Source: Macrostomum lignano (lineage: Eukaryota). From it: a stretch of DNA of 64,000 nucleotides. The notes below the pieces were generated by a model. That model saw nothing but the letters and a program-made list of their open reading frames with translations, searched no databases and was not told where the DNA came from. The translations under genes and the position numbers were made by a program. This document shows positions 1 to 12,684 of the stretch, piece by piece (the first letter of the stretch is position 1; each line of letters begins with the position of its first letter). Location: NCBI GenBank assembly GCA_002269645.1, contig NIVC01001443.1, positions 38,443-102,442 on the forward strand, written 5' to 3'.

Positions 1-433
1 CACGCGTTCGCCTTCTGCAGGAACCGGTCGCCCTCCTTGAACAAAAAGTGGTCGTCAATCAGCTGCTGCTGCACCTCCTTGGTCATCCCGGTCAGTGGGT
101 AATACGTGCCCTTCAGCTCGCCCGACATGTCCTTCAGCGTGCCCGACACGAGCTCCTCCAGCTGCTTGTAGTGCTCCTCCGTCATGTTCGGGTTGAACGG
201 GAACTGCTTCACCGACCTGCCGCACCGGATTCGGGTCGACACGACGTACTTTCCCTCCGGGTCCACGTCACCGAACTGGTTCGGGTCGCCCAGCGTGCAC
301 GGCGGGTGCCTGTCAGTCCGCTTGAAGCCTCCATGGTACTCCTCGATGATCGGGTCGAACAGGTCGGCGAACACCGTGTACGCCTCGGCGTCGGGAGCGT
401 AGACACCCACTCCGGAGTCGGGGTTCTCCACGC
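1..433 (-). CDS. Arginine kinase repeat exon C (partial, cut by window edge)
   Basis: Third copy, again offset by 1852 bp, same acceptor at 434. Confidence 0.88.
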
Positions 434-3400
434 CTGAAAACAGTAATTTGCTTCACTTAATCCAATGCTGTTACACCCTTTTGCAGCACCACAAAATACG
501 TACTACAGCGCCGTAAAACCACATGTGTCCCCTTCTGCTCAATTGCACCCTAACCAAAAACTCATACCCAACTAGCTCAGAAGAGACTGCTCAAAAGATT
601 ATACTTAAAGGGTTCAGAAACCGTAAAAATATGCTTCATCTGCATGCTCTTCATCAAGAATAACCTATCAGTAACAAGTAAATACATCAGGCTTATCAAC
701 AACTCCAGTACCAACCCTTATTTGTAAGTAAATCAATTTGTACTAAATGATACACCAGTGTGAATCGAAACAGATACACCAGTCTGAATCAAAACTGATA
801 CACCAGTCTGAATCAAAACTGATACACCAGTCTGAATCAAAACTGATACACCAGTCTGAATCAAAACCGATACACCAGTGTGAATCAAAACCGATACACC
901 AGAGTGAATCGAAACAGATACACCAGTCTGAATCAAAACTGACACACTAAACGGCACAATGACAACCAGGTACTTAAGGACCTTTAATTAGTTCAGTGAA
1001 ATTCCCCTTTAAGGTACAAAGAATGCATGCACAGTTGAATGAGAACCGTGGTCACTAATGTATTACTGCGTTAATTTTGTCAGCAAAAACAATATCCGTG
1101 CATTGTTGAAAATTGTAAGCAAATGCCGGTATGAATACTTCAGTTTTAGCAATGCGTACAATTCAATAAACACGTGAAAGAACCAAGAAATCAGAGTCTC
1201 CTCACCAGACTGGATCACGTCCTTCAGAGTTGATCCGAATGACGGAGTGCTCATGTTCTTGAGCTTGTCGACCACCTCCTTGGTGAGGTGCTTCTTCAGC
1301 AGTGAGTGGCAAGTGGCGTCGCCCTGCAGCTTCTGGTAGCCGGCTTCGATGTAGCTGACGACCTCGGTGTCGACGCCTTGCTCGAGCGCCTTCTCCATGC
1401 GGATGAGCTCGGCGATGCCGTGGTTCATCTTGCTGACAGCATCGAACTCGGTGAGACCCATGCGCTCCTTGTTGGAGATGTCGTAGAGTCCGCCGACAGC
1501 CTCGGAGTGCTCACCGGCTGAGCCGCGCACCTGCAGCTGGAACCGGTCGGCCACGCGCTGCAGAGCTTCCTGGCCTCCAGCGGCCAGCTTGGGCAGCTTG
1601 ATGTGCACCGAGGCGCGGATCGTGGTGCCCAGGTTCGTCGGGCAGAAGGTCAGGAAGCCGAGACGCTCGTCGTGGCTAAACGCCATCCGCTTCTCGATCT
1701 CGTTCACCGCGTTCACCAGCCGGCCGTAGACCTCCCGGATGCAGCCTCCCTTCTGCATCGAGATTATACGCATGTGGTCCTCCTCGCCGACCCACACTAG
1801 GAACGTCTTGCTGTCGTTGTGGTAGATGCCGCGACCCGTCGGCCAGTAGCGGCACGCGTTCGCCTTCTGCAGGAACCGGTCGCCCTCCTTGAACAAAAAG
1901 TGGTCGTCAATCAGCTGCTGCTGCACCTCCTTGGTCATCCCGGTCAGTGGGTAATACGTGCCCTTCAGCTCGCCCGACATGTCCTTCAGCGTGCCCGACA
2001 CGAGCTCCTCCAGCTGCTTGTAGTGCTCCTCCGTCATGTTCGGGTTGAACGGGAACTGCTTCACCGACCTGCCGCACCGGATTCGGGTCGACACGACGTA
2101 CTTTCCCTCCGGGTCCACGTCACCGAACTGGTTCGGGTCGCCCAGCGTGCACGGCGGGTGCCTGTCAGTCCGCTTGAAGCCTCCATGGTACTCCTCGATG
2201 ATCGGGTCGAACAGGTCGGCGAACACCGTGTACGCCTCGGCGTCGGGAGCGTAGACACCCACTCCGGAGTCGGGGTTCTCCACGCCTGAAAACAGTAATT
2301 TGCTTCACTTAATCCAATGCTGTTACACCCTTTTGCAGCACCACAAAATACGTACTACAGCGCCGTAAAACCACATGTGTCCCCTTCTGCTCAATTGCAC
2401 CCTAACCAAAAACTCATACCCAACTAGCTCAGAAGAGACTGCTCAAAAGATTATACTTAAAGGGTTCAGAAACCGTAAAAATATGCTTCATCTGCATGCT
2501 CTTCATCAAGAATAACCTATCAGTAACAAGTAAATACATCAGGCTTATCAACAACTCCAGTACCAACCCTTATTTGTAAGTAAATCAATTTGTACTAAAT
2601 GATACACCAGTGTGAATCGAAACAGATACACCAGTCTGAATCAAAACTGATACACCAGTCTGAATCAAAACTGATACACCAGTCTGAATCAAAACTGATA
2701 CACCAGTCTGAATCAAAACCGATACACCAGTGTGAATCAAAACCGATACACCAGAGTGAATCGAAACAGATACACCAGTCTGAATCAAAACTGACACACT
2801 AAACGGCACAATGACAACCAGGTACTTAAGGACCTTTAATTAGTTCAGTGAAATTCCCCTTTAAGGTACAAAGAATGCATGCACAGTTGAATGAGAACCG
2901 TGGTCACTAATGTATTACTGCGTTAATTTTGTCAGCAAAAACAATATCCGTGCATTGTTGAAAATTGTAAGCAAATGCCGGTATGAATACTTCAGTTTTA
3001 GCAATGCGTACAATTCAATAAACACGTGAAAGAACCAAGAAATCAGAGTCTCCTCACCAGACTGGATCACGTCCTTCAGAGTTGATCCGAATGACGGAGT
3101 GCTCATGTTCTTGAGCTTGTCGACCACCTCCTTGGTGAGGTGCTTCTTCAGCAGTGAGTGGCAAGTGGCGTCGCCCTGCAGCTTCTGGTAGCCGGCTTCG
3201 ATGTAGCTGACGACCTCGGTGTCGACGCCTTGCTCGAGCGCCTTCTCCATGCGGATGAGCTCGGCGATGCCGTGGTTCATCTTGCTGACAGCATCGAACT
3301 CGGTGAGACCCATGCGCTCCTTGTTGGAGATGTCGTAGAGTCCGCCGACAGCCTCGGAGTGCTCACCGGCTGAGCCGCGCACCTGCAGCTGGAACCGGTC

Positions 3401-4933
3401 GGCCACGCGCTGCAGAGCTTCCTGGCCTCCAGCGGCCAGCTTGGGCAGCTTGATGTGCACCGAGGCGCGGATCGTGGTGCCCAGGTTCGTCGGGCAGAAG
3501 GTCAGGAAGCCGAGACGCTCGTCGTGGCTAAACGCCATCCGCTTCTCGATCTCGTTCACCGCGTTCACCAGCCGGCCGTAGACCTCCCGGATGCAGCCTC
3601 CCTTCTGCATCGAGATTATACGCATGTGGTCCTCCTCGCCGACCCACACTAGGAACGTCTTGCTGTCGTTGTGGTAGATGCCGCGACCCGTCGGCCAGTA
3701 GCGGCACGCGTTCGCCTTCTGCAGGAACCGGTCGCCCTCCTTGAACAAAAAGTGGTCGTCAATCAGCTGCTGCTGCACCTCCTTGGTCATCCCGGTCAGT
3801 GGGTAATACGTGCCCTTCAGCTCGCCCGACATGTCCTTCAGCGTGCCCGACACGAGCTCCTCCAGCTGCTTGTAGTGCTCCTCCGTCATGTTCGGGTTGA
3901 ACGGGAACTGCTTCACCGACCTGCCGCACCGGATTCGGGTCGACACGACGTACTTTCCCTCCGGGTCCACGTCACCGAACTGGTTCGGGTCGCCCAGCGT
4001 GCACGGCGGGTGCCTGTCAGTCCGCTTGAAGCCTCCATGGTACTCCTCGATGATCGGGTCGAACAGGTCGGCGAACACCGTGTACGCCTCGGCGTCGGGA
4101 GCGTAGACACCCACTCCGGAGTCGGGGTTCTCCACGCCTGTCATAGTGTTTTGGGGTTTGTTTTGAATGCACACAACACTTCGTGATTGAGATTTAGTCT
4201 CTTGTGATTCCTATTACCTGACTGAATGACATCTTTTAGGGTGGATCCAAAAGTGGCCGTCTTCAGGCCCTTTAGTTTTTGCAGCACCTCGGCAGTAAGA
4301 TGTTTTTTTAGCAGGGACTTGCAGTTGGGATCGGATTGCAGCTTTTGGAATCCATCCTCGAGATAGGCAATGACGGCTGGGTCCACCTCGTTGCTCGCGC
4401 CGCTATGGGGGAGAATTTGTTTAATTTTTGCTTAGATATAGTTCGTTTAGTATAAAAATAAATTAATTAAACTGCATTACCTGTTATGATTCATGATTCA
4501 TGAAGGAATATTTTAGTTTATTTTGTGTGTAGTAGTATAAGTAGTAGTTCATGCATGCACTCAGATTTTTTGTTGTTTTGATTGTTTTGAAATTGGATTT
4601 TACGTTATTTATGGGAGCGGAACAGCCAGGATAGACAGATTAAAAAGCTTTCTAAAACAAAATGTCGAAGCAAGGTCAAAAGAATTGGTGTCTCTCATGC
4701 AGCTTCATTTGAAACTGGTTTAACGGAAATAATAGCATTCACACATTCATAGGAGAGGATTATGCAGTTAGTAGTTCCCCGTGACTTGACATGCAAGAGT
4801 TTTGAAAGCAACTGCAGCATGTCAGCACAATCTCCTTACTATCATTAGGGACTACTTACCCACTAACCGGTTGAGCATCTGCCGGTCTCGCCTGACCTCT
4901 TTGACCTCCTCGGCCTTTAAATAAGTTCCCCAT
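1..4933 (-). CDS. Multi-domain arginine kinase (phosphagen kinase), 3' end runs off the window start
   Basis: Exons in transcript order: 4933-4860 (MGNLFK..., donor GTAAGT, phase 2), 4402-4218 ([17 protein letters not shown]...KDVIQSG), 4137-3058, 2285-1206, 433-<1. All introns are GT-AG and phase-consistent. Motifs: [20 protein letters not shown] (guanidino-specificity region of arginine-kinase type), [46 protein letters not shown]. Confidence 0.95.
749..948. repeat. 24-bp minisatellite in arginine kinase intron (second copy at 2601-2800)
   Basis: About 8 copies of gatacaccagtctgaatcaaaact. Confidence 0.9.
1206..2285 (-). CDS. Arginine kinase repeat exon B (1080 nt), copy of exon A: end of domain 2 plus start of domain 3
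   Basis: Exactly 1852 bp from exon A; acceptor ...ttttcag at 2286, donor gtgagg at 1205; translation identical to exon A in the ORF track. Confidence 0.9.
3058..4137 (-). CDS. Arginine kinase repeat exon A (1080 nt, phase 1-1): C-terminal ~300 aa of domain 1 plus N-terminal ~60 aa of domain 2
   Basis: Acceptor ...atgacag at 4138, donor gtgagg at 3057; reads GVENPDSG...[18 protein letters not shown]...KDVIQSG. Confidence 0.93.
4481..4494 (-). CDS. Candidate alternative first coding exon of the arginine kinase (MNHN-S)
   Basis: ATG AAT CAT AAC AG|gtaatg: phase 2, in frame with the acceptor at 4403, giving a 78-nt intron similar to the next 80-nt intron. Confidence 0.45.
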
Positions 4934-7900
4934 TTTGACGAGCTGTCTTGTAGGATTAGACAGTTAAGGAGTTCACTCGAAGGGAACTAAACTTAGTCGA
5001 ATGGGAGTGGCTTGTGTGATTGATCGGCGCTCCCAGCTTGGCAGTGGCTGCACAGGAGTGGACACAGTGTGATCTGTGCAGGCAGGCAATGAAATCTCAG
5101 GCGCTGCGGGAGGTGTTGGGGTTGTGTCTGAGCTAAAATACGCGGCGGAATCGGGGGAGTGGGGGTTAGGCTCTCGTAGGACTGGGGGAGGGCCTGCCGC
5201 ACATGCGTTGAATTAAGTGTACATTATCGGTTGATAATCTTCTTGAGATTGGTTGTTACATTGAGACGTGTTGGTCGTCTCGCTGAGTGAGCATAAGGAG
5301 GAACAAGATAAGAAGGAATGAGGCAGTTCATTTAAAACATTTGTTAGTGTAAATATGACAGCTGCGAAGATTTGTACTTGTCTGCATTGGCACCCAACCC
5401 CGCTGTTTATTTGCGTGATGCAAACTAAAGAAACGTCACGCCAAATGTACATGGCATATATAAGCGAGTGTACGCGGTGACTGCATGGGTTGGTTGGTTG
5501 AGCAAATATTAAACTGCGGTCTGGTTTAGGGACTTGGCGGTGTCAACGGCAAGGCGCGGGCAAGTGCAGCAAAAAGAGAAGGGAGGTAGGGGGACCCTGA
5601 TCAACATGTTTGCTGTCAAAGGGTAAAAAATTCGACTAAATAAAAACACGCTAGGTGGATAATGCGCGCATATCTCTGGTTAAGAAATCGACTCCGCATG
5701 CAAAACGCAATTTAAAGCTATTTTTCATATATACTCAAGTCCCAGCTCCTGGACAAGAGCCAGAAGAATTTGACAAAACCTACTGAGTTATACCAAGGAC
5801 GCATTCAAACTGTATTGCGCATATCATATGCGTAGTGCGAATCTCTAAGAAACAGTCTGTTATATGTGTCAATCAAAGAGAACTTACATCGTTACCGGAT
5901 CCATCGTTTTAAATAGTTTTTTTGGAACCAAGAGTCAACACTGGGTTTACCCAAGAAAGCAGAGCTTTGTCCCTATAGGAACTCTACAAAAAAGACTGAG
6001 ATTGATGTCTAACTAGCTAATGAGAGGAAAAGCTGCTGAAGCGCGGTTCTGGAGGAAGATTAGGGCAGCAAAAGAGGATCCGTGGATCCGGAGTGGATGA
6101 AGTTGAAATAGGCGAAGCCAAGGCCTCCCCTGTGCGCAAGCCGGTATGGGGAAGTCATGGGGTTGCAGAAGGGCCGGCGCAGCCGCGCAGATTGCAGGCC
6201 TTGCCAGTCTCGAAGAGCTTCCGCGTACAGACACGCAGCAGCTGCTTGCCAGCAGCCCATCGTCTGTCTGGATGGCGATCTTCTAAAATCAGAGTGCACA
6301 GCAAAAGCAGAAAGTGGGGATTTATGGCTCAGCGTACGTCTGGCATCTGCGTCGCTTGGGGACGGGCAAGGGAAGAATGTTTCTTGGAGATCAAAGCTTT
6401 TGGAGGGCTCCTACCCGTTCGCTCCAGCATCCGACAAGCAGCAGAATGCGGTCACGAAGTATTGACCCAAAAATTCTGTCTGTTCCACCGTTGCCCCTAT
6501 AACCCCCCCCACAGCGCACAGCACGGGCCAGGCCATCGAATGCCATTTCCCAGCGGTGCAGATTTTTCAAAGGTTATTCCTCCTTCCTTTTGCCTACTGC
6601 CTTGCCTGTAGACCACACCTTCGTGGCCTTTTGCTAAGCATTGATCCGTTTATCCTCCACAGTTTTCTGGGTTGGCTCCGCTAGAATTTTTCTGTTTGTA
6701 GAGATCTTGAAATGTGGTGATTTGTGCCACATTTTTCGGTTTCTTCATTTAATTTTTTCTGGTCTGTTCTGGTTTTGATACTCGTATCTGTCTGCTTTGT
6801 GTGGTCTCGGTCTGTCTAGTCTTGTGTGCTGATTCTGTAAATTGTAACGCAATGCGACATATTTTAAATTATAATATACATGTATACTTGTATGCGTAGT
6901 AATTTAACCATGCTGCATATCAAATTGCCCCCTAAACTGAACACTAGCGTATGTAAAATTTGGAGCGGCGGGAAAGATTAGATTCGGGTGGCGCCATGCT
7001 GTGTATGTGCTGCTTTGGCACCTGCAGTTGCAGGTCTCTGTATGCATTGATCACATGCAAGTGCCGACTCGTATGCGACTATTTACACGATTCGGTAAGT
7101 TGTCGGTAGCGACTGCGAGGTACGCATGCATTGATGATATGGTATAAAACAACGCACCGTCCCTGCACCACGTGTCTACCTGTAGTATCGTTATCTCATG
7201 ATCACTGCAAAATTAGAGACGACAAGCAAGCACAAAATCGTGGAGCTATACAAGCGTATTGTCAATTTTGTTTATTTGCTTTCAAAGTCGGTTTGCACGA
7301 CGCGGTATCAGATTTATAGTGAAGCTGTTATGTGTCAGAATCAGCCAACAGACAAGCATAAACAATTAATCAAAAGCATCACTTAATTTTGCTCGTGCAG
7401 TCACAAAAAATTGGATCACTTAAAAACTTCGTGTCTGTTTCATGAAGATATTTAGTGATAACGTATAAAAGTAAACCAAGGTTAACTGGTCCGCGGAACG
7501 GTCTTAAATTCAGGTTAGTAACTACGGACAGCGGTTCATTAAAAAGTTATCAGCTAAACCTAACTGATCTGATCTGGATAGACGTGTCTCATGGTTACTC
7601 AGACCGAATATCAGCTTCATTTTATCCGGAGTCTATTACCAAGAAATAGTTAGCAAGAGATAAAACTCACTCAAAGCCTTAGCAACTAATCTTGTACTTC
7701 TGAAATCGGGTATCGAGAATGCATACCCGAGAATGGGGATTTGGCTCTATCAAGCAAAATTTGCTCGTATAACGGCCATACATCATATGTGAATATGAAT
7801 ACCAGTTATATGTTACACTGATCGATTCTCTACTCTACAAGGGACTGTACATGTAGGAACCATTCGGGATTATAGTCCTGAGAATCCCTTTAGACGATTG

Positions 7901-8771
7901 AGCTGCTGCATTTCCTTATTTCCATATTCCAAATGTATATACGTATAATAAAAATAAACCCACAAAAATTACTGCTGAATTGACACGCACATGTTAAGGA
8001 TGTTGATATATATACGAGCTTATGTCAGAATATGCGTGAATTTATTGAGGTTTGCATGTACTCATCCCGTCATCCCGATCCTCAACAGAAAAATATATAC
8101 ACAGCTGCGATGCATGGGTCGTTTGCATTCATCAACATTATAGGCATTTACGTTTGTAAAGCCCATCGATCGAGTGCTTTGATGTATATAGATAAAAAGA
8201 CATATGCATGCATCATTGCGTCAATATCGTGGGTATAGCAAATCTCTACCATGGCAGCTTATATGGCTAATATCATGGAGGAAAGATAATATATAGACAT
8301 CTGGCTCATCTGACGTCCAATGACCACAGCAGACAGTCAGATACATACAGACATAACATGCTCATGCCTCATTCGACAAACAATGCACATGTACCATGGG
8401 GGCATTATTTCACAGTACATCAATACAATTAATATATCACACATCTTGTACATGTAAATGTGCATTAATCTATTATTGCCAACACTCACAAGTCTCGTAA
8501 TGACAGCAAATGTACCAAAAATTCTACTTAATTAGCTATCGTATAAAACAATCTAAACACAGACTTGAACCATTAAAAACTCTTGAAATCATTCATCTGT
8601 AGGGTCTTTTGAAGTTCCGAGGGGTCGAACCAGCCTAAAAATGGCTGAGCAGGTTTAAAGCAAAAAAGTAATGCTTCTCTCAGCTAGCTTCCATGAAATT
8701 CTATATTTCGAGTCCTTCGGTTCTGTTTCTAGCTGTTTGCCTGCACATCCTTTTGATTGTAATCACCTTTA

Positions 8772-9899
<1,128 letters not shown>

Positions 9900-10805
9900 T
9901 ACTTGTCTTGGAGGCTTTTCATATTACCAATTCCAGAATCAGAATCGGTTCGGATCTTCCAAGAAAAACAGCAGTATAACTATTTGATTCTGTTGAATGT
10001 CTGACTGCCTTAACAACCTCGCTTAGCACTATTTTTCACTTTCTTCTTGGCGATTGTCATTCAATTAATAATAAAAACTTTATAGCACGTACCTCCCTCT
10101 AGTTATGAAGACAAAAAGTTATACTTCACAAATTGGTTCTGATTCTGCAACCAGAACAAGCAATATGAAAAGGCCCTAGGTTGTTACAATTTGTTTTAAT
10201 TTACTTAGTTCATTATTCGATAAGTTTTTAAACACCTCAAAACCCAACCAGAAATCGCGCGAGAGATCCAGTAGTCAATCATCTTAGATCTTGTCGGCGT
10301 CGGCGACGAATAGGCCTAGGTTTAATTCGATTCGACGATTCGATACATGATCTGCGAGTCTTCAACCTCTCCTTTCTTGGTAGTGGTATTGTCGTATTGA
10401 GAGAATATAGTAATTAGTAAGCACAGCTTTTCGTCTCTTGCGAGCTTGACTGTTGGTGTTTTGCATGATCAGTCTCACTCACCCACCCGGCCACCCCATG
10501 CCATCTCCTTCGGCCTCATTCATCTATGCTGTATGGTCGTGGTGTAGTGTAATCAGTGTAGACGTGCCGTGTAGTTTATAGTGTAGCTACATTTGTGTGT
10601 GTAATACTCACGTCATACAAAGAAAATGACATGATGTGGCTGGTGCATAAAATACTAGGCTTACATCTTACATGATAAAAACTAAGAAGGCAACACTTGA
10701 CATACCTTCATACCTTGCAATACAAATTTTATACATGACATGGCAGCATAGTACTGGGCTAGCTATCTTAATTTTATAAAACCTATTTGCTATGCATCAA
10801 TGATC

Positions 10806-11298
10806 CCATAGTGTGGATCATGCTAAGTGCACGCGAGAAACGACCCAAAGCTAATTCCCAAAAGCACGCCGACGACAAGCGAATGCACGCCGATAAATTA
10901 AAATTCAAATTGAATACAAAAAACGTATTTTAAATTGCATTGTGTAAAACAAAGCAACAAACGATGTACAAAAGAAATGATATATCTTTAAAAACGTGTA
11001 TTTCTCATACATTAATTTATTTAACAGTCTTATACACTGTTTATTTATAATAGTTTTTTTTCAAAAGTTAAATGCAATAATACGTATTTTATGTCTGCTT
11101 ACCATTGCATTGGCAGCTTTGCCACATCAGGTGCCAGGCACGCGGCACGCGGCGCATGCCAGGCACGCCAGTGTATTTATGTAGTGTGCATTATGCACGC
11201 CAAATGCACGCCACTTACCTAATCGCACGCCGGTGCACGCCACTTTTGAAAATGCACGCGGGAAAATTCTCGCGTGCACTACATGATCTACACTATGG
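10806..11298. mobile_element. Non-autonomous DNA transposon (hAT-like by its 8-bp TSD)
   Basis: About 34-bp imperfect TIR ccatagtgt(g/a)gatcatg..agtgcacgcgagaa; 8-bp direct repeat caatgatc at 10798-10805 and 11299-11306. Confidence 0.75.
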
Positions 11299-12684
11299 CA
11301 ATGATCTATATTGTTAAATATCAAATCAAATATTTGAATAGTCCTATATATCACTTAGGTGAAACTGTAATGAGTTTTGACTAAATATTTTTTTAGTTTT
11401 CAATAATATCAAGTAGGCCTAGTAAATATGATAAAATTTTTATAAAACTCTAAAGTAAACAAAAAAGAAATATTTTTAATAGGCCTAGCTTAATCTTTAG
11501 TTAGGATATTTAATTTTGTGAAGAAAATTTTGAGAGACCAAGCAAAACAAAGGACCAATAGAATAAAGGCCTATCTTTCCATTTTAGATCTAAACCCTCC
11601 TTTAGATTTACCTTTTTCATTTGTACTATTGAGATTAGGCCCTAAATTGAACCATAAGCCTAGTGCAAAAGGATTCCCATGTACAACAGAAGGTAAATAT
11701 CAATTTTAGCCTATTATATATGACAGCAAGATGTGTGGGTTCCCCAACAGATATTCACCCCGACAGATATTTTTTCTTTGGGCAGATAATTCAAACAAAA
11801 AATGAATTCATGTTTCGGGATGCATTCCTTACTCTGACGCCATATTTAGCTTTAAAAATTTGTAAGCAGAAATTTTTTGTCCCAAAGAAAAAAAAATTGG
11901 GATGAATGCAAAGTGTGTCAAAAGACGAATTCATTGGCACCCCTTACAAACACATTTTGGAAGCAAATATCTCGGGAAATACAAAAGGGAATAATGTGTC
12001 TAAGATGTCATTGCAAAGCTGAGACATGCGTCAAGAAGTAATAAAAGTTTCAGAGCAAATTATTGAAGCATTGAGACATAGCGATAAATCAAAGTTTTTG
12101 TTGATCAACAATCTTCAACCAAGATAAACCAAAACTTTGCTCCTTGCTTATTGGGCATCCTAAAGGGGGCACTAGATTACTAGTGGAATTTAGCATGCTA
12201 GCTTGAGTTTTATTCAATGTAATTTAAAAAAAACAAAATAATATTTTTCATTGGATAAAATTAAATAAGTTTAATACGTATTAGGTCTAATTAAGTTTAA
12301 TTATGTATTAGGTCTATATGTATTAAGCTACAAAAAGATATTTAGATTTTTTGAATGATATAGATCTTAACTAAGGATTATCTAGTAAAGTTAAAGCTTA
12401 ATATATAATTAAATGATATATTATTTTTGTGCAGATGTAGATAAATGATTTTCCAAAATATCTAATATATACCTATTGGCAATATGCTACTTTATCCTGT
12501 TATTTTATAACTTTGTTTTTAATGCTTTTTCTTTGTATCATTAAAATATCAATCAACATTTAATTAAAATTCAAAATTCAGCAATAAATTTGTTCCTAAA
12601 TATTTTTTTATGTTGCAGAAATTACTTAAGGCCTGATCGCGCTACTTATCAGTAGGCATTTAGAGAATATTCAGCTAAAATAGA

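Noticed and set aside
1063-1205. C-terminal tail [16 protein letters not shown]... in the ORF track (also 2915-3057)
   Set aside because: Read-through past the gtgagg donor into the intron; it is non-homologous and breaks a kinase domain.
48-4186. Plus-strand ORFs overlapping the arginine kinase
   Set aside because: Antisense shadows of GC3-rich coding sequence.
4990-6700. Short ORFs and LTR-like TATA/AATAAA signals upstream of the kinase
   Set aside because: No recognisable domain, paired LTR or primer-binding site could be supported.
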